Below are positions 29,580 through 40,900 of a stretch of DNA of 64,000 nucleotides, piece by piece. The stretch is from contig CAWFQL010000003.1 in the NCBI GenBank assembly GCA_963817915.1, positions 64,001 to 128,000 of the forward strand, given 5' to 3'. Source of the DNA: an uncultured candidate division Zixibacteria bacterium (GTDB lineage Bacteria > Zixibacteria > MSB-5A5 > UBA10806). The notes under the pieces are model-generated. The model searched no databases. It worked only from the letters and a program-made list of their open reading frames with translations, and was not told where the DNA came from. How positions within the stretch are numbered: position 1 is the first letter of the stretch; each line of letters starts with the position of its first letter. The position numbers and the translations under genes are program-made.

Positions 29580-32500
29580 ATGAAAAAGTTTTTTGCGATA
29601 ATATCTGCCATAGCTGTTGTGTTGTGCGGTGTACTTGTTTTCAGTCAGGAGCCGACAGCAAATCCGCATGGCAAATTAAAATGGGAATGCAGCGCGTGCC
29701 ATAGCACCGATTCCTGGAAAATTACCAAAGCTCCAACCGGATTCAAGCATGCGGATACAGGGTTTGCCTTGCGGGGAGCGCACGATGTTACGGACTGCAG
29801 CGATTGCCACAAGGATTTGACATTTTCCCATATCGGCACGGCTTGCATAGATTGTCATACGGATATTCATCGCGGGCAATTTGGCAATTATTGCGAAAAA
29901 TGCCATCTGCCCGATAGCTGGCAAAATCGCCAGGAGCAGTTAGGCTTGCATTCATCGCGCGGATTTCCATTGATCGGTATTCATTCGATAGCTGATTGCG
30001 GCGCATGTCATGTAGGCCAGCAGCGAAATGAGTATTCCGGTACTCCGATTGAATGTATTGGCTGTCATCAGGGTAATTACGCCTCCACTACCAACCCTAA
30101 TCATGTGCTTGCTAAATTCAACACGGACTGCCGCGAATGTCATAACGAATCCGCGAGTTCATGGAAAAATGCTACCTATGCGCATCCGTCGATATTCGAA
30201 ATCCATGGAGCGCATGTTGGTCTCGAATGTGTCAGATGCCATGCAGACTAGCGTTCGCGGGCACGCCAAGGGAATGTGTCGGCTGTCATTTGCCGGCTTA
30301 TCAAACGGCTAATAACCCGCCGCATGCCGTGCCGGTATTCCCGGAAGATTGCGTCATGTGTCATAACGATATTCAATGGATGGGAGCGACATTCAACCAT
30401 CTTCAGGCCACAGGCTACGAATTACTCGGAGCTCATGCGACGGTGCATTGCAACGATTGCCATACCAATAATAATTATGTCAATATTCCTAACCAGTGTT
30501 TTGGGTGCCATCAGAATAATTATAATGAAGCGGCTAATCCCAATCACCAAACAAATAATTTCGATCACGATTGTACCGTCTGCCATAACTTTAATGGCTG
30601 GTCTCCTTCGACATTCAATCATAGCGCAACCCGATTCGCTCTTACCGGAGTGCATCTAACAACACAATGCGTAGCCTGCCATACCAACGGCTACCAGAGT
30701 ACTCCGATGGATTGTTACAGTTGCCATCAAAACAATTATAATTCGGCGACAAATCCCAATCATGCGACCAATAATTTCAATCACGATTGCACGCAATGCC
30801 ATAATACCGCCGGATGGTCGCCATCGACATTTAATCATAGCCAGACCAGGTTCACATTAACCGGCGCGCATTTGACTATCCAGTGTGTTGCCTGCCATGC
30901 TAATGGCTACCAGAATACACCGCTGGATTGTTATAGCTGCCACGTTAATAATTTTAACGGAGTGACTGATCCCAACCACGTGACCAATAATTTCAGCCAC
31001 GATTGCACCCAATGCCATTCTACGGTCTCATGGTCAGGCGGAACATTCAATCATAGTCAGACGCAGTTCCCGTTGACCGGCGCCCACGCTACAATACAAT
31101 GTATAGCATGCCACGCCAATGGTTACCAAAACACGCCGACGGATTGCTATAGTTGTCATTTGAACGATTTTAATGGGGCGACTAATCCCAATCATGTCAC
31201 CAATAATTTCGGCCATGATTGCACCCAATGCCATTCCAATACAGCCTGGTCGCCTTCGACATTCAATCATAGCCAGACACAATTCCCACTTGACGGGCGC
31301 TCATGCGACAAGGCAGTGTATTGAATGCCATGCCAATGGCTACCAGAACACTCCATCAGACTGCTATAGCTGTCATCAAAGCAATTTTAATGGTGCGACC
31401 AATCCTAATCATGTGACCAATAATTTCAGTCATGATTGTACGCAATGTCATTCGACTTCCGTCTGGATACCATCGACTTTTGATCATAATCAAACCAGAT
31501 TTCCATTAACCGGTGCCCATATATCTCGGCAATGCGTTGATTGCCATGCTAATGGTTACCAGAATACCCCATTTGATTGCTATAGCTGCCATCAAAGCAA
31601 TTTTAACGGCGTTAGCGATCCTAATCACGTCACCAATAACTTCAGCCATGATTGCACGTTATGCCATTCGACTTCAGGCTGGTCACCGGCGACTTTCGAC
31701 CATAACTCGACCAGATTCCCATTAACCGGACGGCACATTGGCCTAAATTGTGTTGCCTGTCATGCCAATGGTTATCAGAATACTCCATATGATTGCTATA
31801 GCTGTCACGTAAATGATTATAATGACGTAAATGATCCGGACCATAGGGCCAATAATTACAGCCATGATTGCACGCAATGTCATAATACATCGGGATGGGG
31901 TAATGGTACATTCAATCATAATCCGACGAGATTTCCATTGACCGGGGCGCACGTGAGCCTGCCATGTATTTCATGTCATGCCAATGGTTATCAGAATACG
32001 CCTTACGATTGCTATGGATGTCATCAGACTAATTATAATATGGTCCCGGACCCAAACCACGTGCAAAATAATTTTAATCATGACTGTACGCAATGCCATA
32101 ATACTTCAGCCTGGACACCGGCATCATATGATCATAGCCAAACAAGATTCCCGTTGACCGGTGCCCATGTTGGACAGACATGTGTTGCCTGTCATGCCAA
32201 TGGCTATAATAACACGCCATTTGACTGCTTTAGCTGCCACACAGGTAATTATAATTCGGCTACTGATCCCAACCATGTGACCAATAATTTTGACCATGAC
32301 TGTACGCGATGTCATACATACTAGGTCTGGTCGCCTTCGACATTCAGCCATGGCTCGACAAGATTCCCGTTAACCGGCGCGCATGTTCCTCTTCAATGTA
32401 TTTCTTGTCACGCCAACGGATATCAGAATACACCGTTGGATTGCTACAGTTGCCATGTGGGCAATTATAATTCGGTTACCGACCCCAACCATGTGACCAA

Positions 32501-34083
32501 TAATTTCGACCATGATTGTACCCAGTGTCATACGACATCGGTCTGGAATCCATCGACATTTAATCACAGCTCGACCAGGTTCCCCTTAACTGGCGCGCAC
32601 AATACGCTGCAATGCATTTCGTGTCATGCCAACGGATACCAGAATACGCCGTTGGATTGTTACAGTTGCCATGTCGGTAATTATAATTCCGTTCCGGATC
32701 CTAATCACGTTACCAATAATTTCAGCCATGATTGCACTCAATGCCATACAACTGCGGGCTGGACTCCGGCGAATTACAATCATAGTCAAACGAGATTTCC
32801 GTTAACTGGGGCGCATGTAAATCTTGCCTGCGTGGCCTGCCATGCCAATGGCTATCAGAATACGCCGTTCGATTGCTATAGCTGCCATCAGAATAACTAC
32901 AATGGCGTCGTCGATCCCAATCACAACACCAATAATTTCAGCCACGACTGCACAGTATGTCACACTACATCCGGATGGACACCTGTATCGTTCAATCACG
33001 GATTGACGCAATTCCCGTTAACCGGGGCGCATGTAAATCTTGCCTGTGTTGCTTGTCACGCCAATGGATACCAAAATACGCCTATGGATTGCTATAGCTG
33101 TCACCAGAGCAATTATAATGGTGTTACGGATCCTAATCATGTCACCAATAATTTCAGCCATGACTGTACTATCTGTCATACGACCACAGCCTGGAATCCT
33201 TCGACATTCAATCACGGGCAAACCCAATTCCCGTTAACCGGCGCGCATGTGAGTCTTGCCTGCATATCCTGTCACGCCAATGGGTACCAAAATACGCCTA
33301 TGGATTGCTATAGCTGTCATCAGGGCAATTATAACGGTGTTACGGATCCTAATCATGTCACCAATAATTTCAGTCACGACTGCACCGTATGTCATACTAC
33401 TTCAGCCTGGACTGCCCGCGACATTTAATCATGGCACGACCAGATTCCCGTTGACCGGTGCGCATGTAAGCCTGGCCTGTATAGCCTGCCATGCCAATGG
33501 CTATCAGAATACGCCTTTCGATTGCTATAGTTGTCATCAAAGCAATTTCAATGGTGTCGTAGATCCAAACCACGTCACCAATAATTTCAGCCATGACTGC
33601 ACCGTATGTCATTCTACTTCGGCTTGGTCGCCGGCGTCATTCAACCATAATCAAACACAGTTCCCATTGACCGGAGCGCATACTACACTGCAATGTGTCG
33701 CCTGCCACGCCAATGGATACCAAAATACCCCGACTGCTTGTGTCAGCTGCCATCAGGCCGATTATAATGGCGCCACAAATCCGAATCATACCGCTCAGGG
33801 ATTTCCCACGCAATGCCAGCAGTGTCATACAACCGCTAATTGGACGCAATTAACTTATAACCATAATACTCAATATTTCCCAATTACTACCGGAAGGCAT
33901 GCTACCGTTTGGTCAACCTGTGCTACCTGCCATAATATTCCTGGAAATCTTGCGCATTTCGAATGTATCCTCTGCCATGAGCACAACCGCTCTGACACAG
34001 ATTCACAGCATCAGGGTAGGTCGGGTTATCAATATCTAAGCACTGCGTGCTACGCTTGCCATCCCAGAGGCAATGCCGGTTAG
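29580..34083 (+). CDS. Giant ~1500-aa multiheme cytochrome c with 61 CxxCH (reconstructed across three frameshifts and one in-frame TAG)
   Basis: One signal peptide (MKKFF..FS-QE). The repeat register continues across breaks at ~30250, ~31290, 32322 and ~33414. CxxCH counts per segment: 8+14+15+1+14+9. Confidence 0.82.
30600..33840 (+). repeat. ~15 tandem 216-bp coding repeats (72-aa triheme unit)
   Basis: Unit FNH..TRFPLTGAH....C..CHANGYQNTP.DCYSCH..NYN...DPNHVTNNFSHDCT.CH....W.P; copies differ at synonymous sites. Confidence 0.93.
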
Positions 34084-34092
34084 GTGTAGTAT

Positions 34093-34896
34093 ATGTCTGG
34101 CATGCGTATAATACTCATTATGGCAATTAGCCTTGCCACGGGAGTTCCCTGCTATTCACAGGAGAATCCTCATCGAGACTCCAAGCTCGATTGCCAGGAA
34201 TGTCATACCGCTTCAAGTTGGACCGATATCAAGTTTGATCATCAGAAGACCGGTTTTGTGCTCGATGGAAATCATTTGGAGGTTCCCTGCGTCTCATGTC
34301 ATTCATTGGTTGATTTCAATATAGTTTCAAAGGAGTGTGTTTTTTGTCATGTTGATATTCATCAGGGGAAATTGGCCCGTACTTGCGAACAGTGCCATTC
34401 GACAAGGGGATGGAATATTTTCAATACAACAAGAGCGCATGCGAATACGACATTCCCTCTGATTGGCGCGCACGCAAAGCTCGATTGCCGTTCCTGCCAT
34501 CTAAGCGAAATTGAAGGAGAGTATTCATTGCTTAAATCGGAATGTATATCTTGCCACGAGGCCGACTTTAATAATGCCCAAAATCCGTCCCATTCGGCAT
34601 TGGGATTCGGGACTCGCTGCAATGATTGCCATACGCTTTTATCCTGGCGCCCCGCCGATTTTTCACAGCATAATTCGTATTTTCCTATATATAGCGGGGC
34701 ACATGCCGGAAAATGGCGGAGTTGTTATGATTGTCATCCGACTCCGGGTGATTACGGAATCAGTACCATGACCTGTTTTTCCTGCCATGTTCATGACCAA
34801 GGGTCGACAGATTCTCGGCACCAAGAGGTCGCAGGATACGTTTATCAAAGCAGCGCCTGCTATAATTGTCATTCAAGCGGAAGCGCTGGAGGCTGA
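34093..34896 (+). CDS. 10-heme c-type cytochrome, short paralog of the giant cytochrome
   Basis: Signal peptide; 10 CxxCH; shares the NPH N-cap and FPI..G.H...W..GY.Y.S.ACY.CH..G C-cap with 29580..34083. Confidence 0.92.
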   Translation: MSGMRIILIMAISLATGVPCYSQENPHRDSKLDCQECHTASSWTDIKFDHQKTGFVLDGNHLEVPCVSCHSLVDFNIVSKECVFCHVDIHQGKLARTCEQCHSTRGWNIFNTTRAHANTTFPLIGAHAKLDCRSCHLSEIEGEYSLLKSECISCHEADFNNAQNPSHSALGFGTRCNDCHTLLSWRPADFSQHNSYFPIYSGAHAGKWRSCYDCHPTPGDYGISTMTCFSCHVHDQGSTDSRHQEVAGYVYQSSACYNCHSSGSAGG

Positions 34897-34906
34897 GAGG
34901 TCTAAT

Positions 34907-36517
34907 ATGAAGGGATTATTAGTCAAAATCCTTGCAACGATAATATTCGCGCTTATTTTCCGGGTTGGAGCGTCGGCCGCTATCCATGTCCAATATCTTT
35001 CCCAGGAAGCGGTCTATATCGATGCCGGAATCGAAGACAGCCTTTCAATCGGCGATCAACTCGAGATCAGAAAAGGCGACAGCCTTATTGCTCAATTAGA
35101 AATTATCTTCGCGTCCGAGCATTCGGCTTCCTGCAAGATACTTAATTCGACAGGTACAATCGAAATCGGGGCTACCGTAAATATCACTTCAAGGGCGATC
35201 GTGGCCAAGCCGGCCCCGGCAGATTCTGTTGCGGATACGACTGCGAAAAAACTTGAGCCTGCGCCAATTGCAGTTGCGCCAAAGCCTAAGAAAAATTCTA
35301 CCCATTTCAGCGGGACTATTGCCTTGCAGACTTATAATTGGAACGATATCACTTCATCGAATCTTGATTTCTCCCAGCCGTCGGCGAGAATAAATATTAC
35401 CGCCCTGAAACTCTGGGGCACCGAGCTTTCATTTACGCTAAGATCGACCATCCGCAATGAACGAAGGACCCGCAGCTATAGCAGCTCTGTTCCCAAAAGC
35501 GAATGGCGCAATAGGGTATACCAACTTTCAATAGGGTATTCGGATGACAACGGGCCATTCGGGTTTGAATTCGGCAGAATAATCTCGAATAAAATCAGCG
35601 GTATCGGATATATAGATGGAATCCTTGTCCATCGCAGGGTGAGCAAATTGGTCAATATGGGAGTATTTGTAGGGACTCAACCCCAATGGCAATATTCCGA
35701 TTTTCAAACTTCGATCCAGAAATACGGATTTTATACTAATTACGCGCGAGGCGAATATGCCAAATCTCGTTATGAAGTGACCCTGGCGGCCGCGGGCGAA
35801 TATCATAGCAATATCGTCAGCCGTGAATTCATTTATCTTCAGAATAATCTCATTATTAAGGGCGATTGGAATATTTTTCAGAGCGCGGAATTGGATCTTA
35901 ATCGCGGATGGCGTAAAGAAAAATCGAAAATAGGCACATCTCTAACTAACTTCTACCTTTCCACCAGGAAACGAGTTACTGGCTGGCTTTCGGCGAGCCT
36001 GAGCTTTGATTCCCGTAAAAACTATTGGACCTATGAAATTCGTTCGATGGCCGAGCAGCTTTTCGATAGCAATGTCCGGCGCGGAGGCAGAGCGGATATT
36101 TCGCTGAGACTGCCTGGCAATTTCCAGCTTCTCGCGGGATTTGGCTTGCGGAAACGGGCCACGGAATCGGGCTCTACCTATTCTTATTCTGGGGCATTGA
36201 ATAAATCCAATATCCTCAATTCAAAGCTGGACATAAATATTCAGATGTCGGGATTTACCAACCCGCTTACAAACGGGTATAATGTATCCACGACTCTCGG
36301 TCGCTATTTCGGCAGGGGGAACTACCTGAGTATTGGATACAGCGGATACGTATATTCGATCCAAAATGGCGGTCCAACCCGCAGTAATACCGCATATCAG
36401 CTAAGCTCAATGATAAGCATTATCAGATCCGTATATTTTTCCGGTCAATATGAATACGACACTGGGGATGATACCAAAGGCCATCGAATAGTAGCGGAAC
36501 TCGGTTATCGTTTCTAA
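34907..36517 (+). CDS. Outer-membrane beta-barrel (putative cytochrome-sheathing porin) with small N-terminal domain and Pro/Ala/Lys linker
   Basis: Signal peptide from ATG 34907; amphipathic beta-strands; terminal ELGYRF beta-signal. Confidence 0.8.
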   Translation: MKGLLVKILATIIFALIFRVGASAAIHVQYLSQEAVYIDAGIEDSLSIGDQLEIRKGDSLIAQLEIIFASEHSASCKILNSTGTIEIGATVNITSRAIVAKPAPADSVADTTAKKLEPAPIAVAPKPKKNSTHFSGTIALQTYNWNDITSSNLDFSQPSARINITALKLWGTELSFTLRSTIRNERRTRSYSSSVPKSEWRNRVYQLSIGYSDDNGPFGFEFGRIISNKISGIGYIDGILVHRRVSKLVNMGVFVGTQPQWQYSDFQTSIQKYGFYTNYARGEYAKSRYEVTLAAAGEYHSNIVSREFIYLQNNLIIKGDWNIFQSAELDLNRGWRKEKSKIGTSLTNFYLSTRKRVTGWLSASLSFDSRKNYWTYEIRSMAEQLFDSNVRRGGRADISLRLPGNFQLLAGFGLRKRATESGSTYSYSGALNKSNILNSKLDINIQMSGFTNPLTNGYNVSTTLGRYFGRGNYLSIGYSGYVYSIQNGGPTRSNTAYQLSSMISIIRSVYFSGQYEYDTGDDTKGHRIVAELGYRF

Positions 36518-36565
36518 AGTTGATATTCATAGAGATGTTTAGAATTCAGGATTTTGTGAGGTAAT

Positions 36566-37900
36566 ATGGAATCAGACGCAATCTGGATATTCACGGTAAT
36601 ACTCATAGTAAGTATTTCCGCCCCATATTTTATAAAATTTCGCAAACGCCAGAAAATGGATATCGAACGGCGGAAAGAGGCGGAAATCTTGGGCATCAGC
36701 AAGCCTTCCAGCCAATATCCGATGATCGACTCCACTCTCTGTATTGGCTGCCGCACCTGTGTCGATGCTTGTCCCGAGCATGATGTGCTCGGTATCGTAT
36801 TCGGCAAGGCAATGGTTATAAACGGCCAGCGTTGTGTTGGACATGGCTACTGCGAACTCGTGTGTCCTGTTGGAGCATTGAAAGTGGGACTCGGCGATAT
36901 CAAAACTCGTCCCGATATTCCAGTCGTAGATGACAATAACCAATCCAATATTCCGGGCCTTTTTATCGCCGGTGAATTGGCCGGTCTTTCGTTGATCAGA
37001 AATGCTATAGATCAGGGAAGACGGGTTATAGAAAAAATAGCCGAAAATAATAATCGCTCAGCCAATGAAAATATTTACGATGTCATAATAATTGGAGCTG
37101 GTCCGGCGGGGCTTACTGCCTCACTTAATGCGATCAAAAACAAACTTTCTTACCTTCTAATCGACCAGCAGGCTCCGGGTGGTACGATTCTTCAATATCC
37201 CCGACATAAATTGGTAATGACCCAGCCTGTGGAAATTCCCCTTTATGGCTGGCTCAAGAAAGAAGAGTATGCCAAGGAAGACCTGCTGGATATATGGAAT
37301 AAAATATTGAATGACTTCAAGATCAATGTTCGAGTGGGTGAGAAGATCGAATCTGTCAGAAAAGAAGCGGAAGTATTCAAGGTTAAATCGCTTGCGGCCG
37401 AGTATTCCGCAAATCATGTGGTGTTATCGATGGGTCGCCGGGGCACTCCCCGAAAACTTGGCGTAACCGGTGAAGATCTTCCCAAGACTCTCTATCAGCT
37501 GCTCGACGCGCAATCGTATAATAACAATCATATTCTTGTTGTGGGCGGCGGCGATAGCGCTATCGAAGCGGCAGTTGGTCTTGCGCATCAGACCGGAAAT
37601 AAAATCACGATTTCTTATAGAAAAAGCACATTTGCCCGTGTTAAGAAGAAAAATGAAGATCTTGTCAAAAAAGCTATCGCTGAAAAGAAAGTCAGAGCTA
37701 TTTTCAATTCGGAAGTTCTCGAAATCAGAGATAAGAATGTCAAACTAAAAGTAGGAGAAGACATAGTCGAAATACTCAACGATTTTGTCTTCGTGTTTAT
37801 CGGCGGCGAGCCTCCTATCAAAATGCTTAAGGAGATGGGCATATTATTCGGCGGCGAAGCGCCGGTTATCGAAGTTCCGCCTGTCCCGGCAATGTCTTAA
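36566..37900 (+). CDS. Membrane-anchored 2x[4Fe-4S] / FAD / NAD(P)H oxidoreductase (TrxR/YpdA-like fold)
   Basis: N-terminal TM; CIGCRTCVDACP and CVGHGYCELVCP; GAGPAG; GGGDSA..SYR. Confidence 0.88.
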   Translation: MESDAIWIFTVILIVSISAPYFIKFRKRQKMDIERRKEAEILGISKPSSQYPMIDSTLCIGCRTCVDACPEHDVLGIVFGKAMVINGQRCVGHGYCELVCPVGALKVGLGDIKTRPDIPVVDDNNQSNIPGLFIAGELAGLSLIRNAIDQGRRVIEKIAENNNRSANENIYDVIIIGAGPAGLTASLNAIKNKLSYLLIDQQAPGGTILQYPRHKLVMTQPVEIPLYGWLKKEEYAKEDLLDIWNKILNDFKINVRVGEKIESVRKEAEVFKVKSLAAEYSANHVVLSMGRRGTPRKLGVTGEDLPKTLYQLLDAQSYNNNHILVVGGGDSAIEAAVGLAHQTGNKITISYRKSTFARVKKKNEDLVKKAIAEKKVRAIFNSEVLEIRDKNVKLKVGEDIVEILNDFVFVFIGGEPPIKMLKEMGILFGGEAPVIEVPPVPAMS

Positions 37901-37922
37901 GACAATCCTCAATTTTGCATAT

Positions 37923-37957
37923 AAAAAAGGCGGCACTCAGGCCGCCTTTGAAAAAAA
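37923..37957. terminator. Probable bidirectional terminator
   Basis: A-run, AAAGGCGGC-actcag-GCCGCCTTT, between convergent genes. Confidence 0.75.
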
Positions 37958-37968
37958 TCTGTCTTCAT

Positions 37969-40900
37969 TTACTTCAACAATAACATCTTGTTGGTTTTGG
38001 TGAAATTAGCGGTTTCGATTTTGTAGAAATAAAGCCCGGTCGCGACTTTTCGGCCCGATTCATCCTTGCCATCCCAAACAACCTGCTTATAGCCGGCAGC
38101 CTGTCTTTGATCCACAAGGTTTTTCACCTTCTGACCCATAATATTGAATACTACAATTCTCACTTCGGAATCGACCGCGAGCCCATAAGAAATCGTGGTT
38201 GAAGGATTGAATGGGTTCGGATAGTTTTGCGATAGGAAGAACTTCTTCGGAGCGGTGATATCATCGTTCAACCCTGTGATTGTCAGCGCCTTTCCAGAGC
38301 CGGCGGTTGATCCGAATGATTCGGCGGTTAGATTTCCTTCGGAGAATAGAGCGCTAACGTAATACCAATAAAGATTAGTATCGGCAAGATCAATATCCGA
38401 ATAGCTCGTTGCCTGAATCGGAGAATCGTTCAGCTTCGAAAAATCACCATTGGGCCAACGGCTTCTGTAAATATTAAATCCGGCGAGATTAGGATTCGTT
38501 AATGTATCCCAGCGAACCTCGATTAAATTAGAAATATTGTTCGATGCTGAAAGACTGGATGGTATCGGGCATCGAGTGAGATGTAATGTCTCCGTCTCGA
38601 TAAGCTGGTTGGCTACCACCTGGATACTTTCCTGATAGGCAGGGTAATATCCAAGGGCTTCGGCGGTGAGGCTTATTGTTCCGGGCGGTACTTCTTTAAT
38701 AAAGAACCTGCCATCGCTGGCTGAAATTCTCCTTTGACCTGTGCTCGCATGAATTTGAGCGTCGCCATTCTGGCCGCTTCCATCAAGATCGACACTTCCC
38801 CTTACTGAGCCGCGTCCGGTACTGGTGGTAATCAGCGTGACTGCGCCGTCAATCAAGGTCGCTCCTCCCGGAGCGTAATAATTGTCGTGCGTAAATTCCA
38901 GCCCGCGTTGTTCATCGTAGCTCTCGAATCCTACGGACGCGTAACCCTCTCCAGAGTCGGTGTTATTAACATCTCTGTAAATAAAAAGGATATCGGAATC
39001 GCCTGTAAGGCTCGGATAATAGGCTGGATCCATAATAACCATCTGGAATGTTTCGTACTGGAAGGTATTCGTATTGGTTAATTTCAACCACTCTATATAA
39101 AATTTATGGTTCACCGAATCATACCATTTGTAAACACCTAAGTGCGTTCCGTCAATTCTGAGATCATCCCAGAACGGCGAAATCTGTCCGCGCGCGTTAC
39201 CCGGGTCAGGAATTGGCCAATTGAAGAAGTTGGCCCAGTAATTTCCCTGCATATCCATTGGAGTAGTATCCAACGCTGCGAAACCATTGATACAAACTAT
39301 CATCGCCCCGTAATCTTGGCCATAATACTTCATGTTGAATGGCAATGTCACGAGAACCGATTTGTCATCCAACTCGGATCCATAATTCAAACGAGTACCC
39401 TGCCCGCCGCTATCCGGGCTGATTTCAACCCATTGATAAGTCGGCATCATTGCGTATGCGCTGTCCATACGATCATACATGTAATAGCCATAGGAATCCG
39501 GCCCAACCGGGTCCCTTGACGAAATTCGTCCAACTGTTAGTGTAAATGGAATCGATGACTTTGAACCCGAAAGGGTTGATATATGAAGAGTCAGATTTAA
39601 TTTTTTGCCCTTAAAGGCAGTCGAATCGCATGTGATACTGACGAGAGAACTGGAATTGTCGCCGGAGCCGCCGATTGAAATATCACCGAAATTGGCAATT
39701 GATCCAACGGCATTCGCATAATCATCATCGGTTGTCACAATACCGGTAACACCCTGGGCATTAAGCGATCCGCTATTGGATAAAAATATCTTGAGATTGG
39801 CTGTTTGACCCGGACCGATAAGGCTGTCACCCTCGGGGATTATAGCTCTGGTGACTGCGAATTTTGGAGCCTTTACCGGGAATTCGATCATAGTTTGCCA
39901 GCTGTCATTATTTTGGTCTCTGATTGTCAATTTCTGCCTGACAGTTTGACCATCGGAAGCGGCGGGATTTACATATACCACAAATGGCGCTTCTGATGCT
40001 CTCGATTCGCCCGGCGCCAGATTGCCGTAATTGCGAATACCGTCATAGACAACAGAATTCCCATCGGTTGATTCCAACTGCGCGGATACATTCGTAGCTG
40101 AAATATCCGTACCGAAATTCTTGATTGAGACATTTAATTCGATTGTCTCGCCAGGCGCGGCTAAATGATCGCCGTCTCCGTGAGAAAAGCCGTCGGTATC
40201 ATCATCGATATAAATGGAGTCCAATCCTACTGCCAGATCGGATGTCGCTATTTCCACATTGGTTTGGTAAGGAATAAGATTTTGTCCGGAAACGGTAAGC
40301 TTCATTGAGCCGGGAGTATTGGCGTCAAATATTAGCGTGACATTTCCCGATTCATCGGTTTTATCGACACTGAATACTTCTTCGGTTGTCCCAATAGTTT
40401 TGATCAATGTCACATATGCGCCTGAAATCGCGTTGCCCGCTGAATCTATCACTGAAGCATTAAAGCTGTTTGTTCCCAGTGCCACAGTATCGAGATGTGT
40501 AACGTTTATGCTTATTGGAATTTTAGTGCGTAATTCAAGTTCAGGATCGCCCAGCATATTATATGTATTGAAATATTGTTGTATCATTCCTCCCGGGGCG
40601 GTCTGTCTTGGGAATGTCCAGTAATCCTGAAGCTTTCCTCTCACTGCCGCGGCGGCAAAATGATAGACATTCTCTTCAAATATCCCGAAGAAATAGCCGA
40701 CCATAATGGGGTTATTCCATCTGGTATGGGTGTCGTGATCGGAAACCCCATAAAACGCCGGTCCGCCTTTCAAGCTATCAGGACTACGTCCCATTCTAAT
40801 CCAGGTCTCGCCAAAACATTCACCGCCGAAATCACCGGTGCCGCAAGTCAATGGAGACAGAACGCCAAGTTTTTGATTGTCCTGTAAATTGAGCAAATCG

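Noticed and set aside
30246..30254. Amber (pyrrolysine) readthrough at the TAG ending ORF 29529..30251
   Set aside because: Cytochrome sequence continues in a different frame, so this is an indel rather than readthrough.
30600..33840. Assembly-induced duplication or DGR template/variable repeats
   Set aside because: Copies differ throughout, largely at synonymous sites. There is no adenine-specific pattern evident and no reverse transcriptase in the window.
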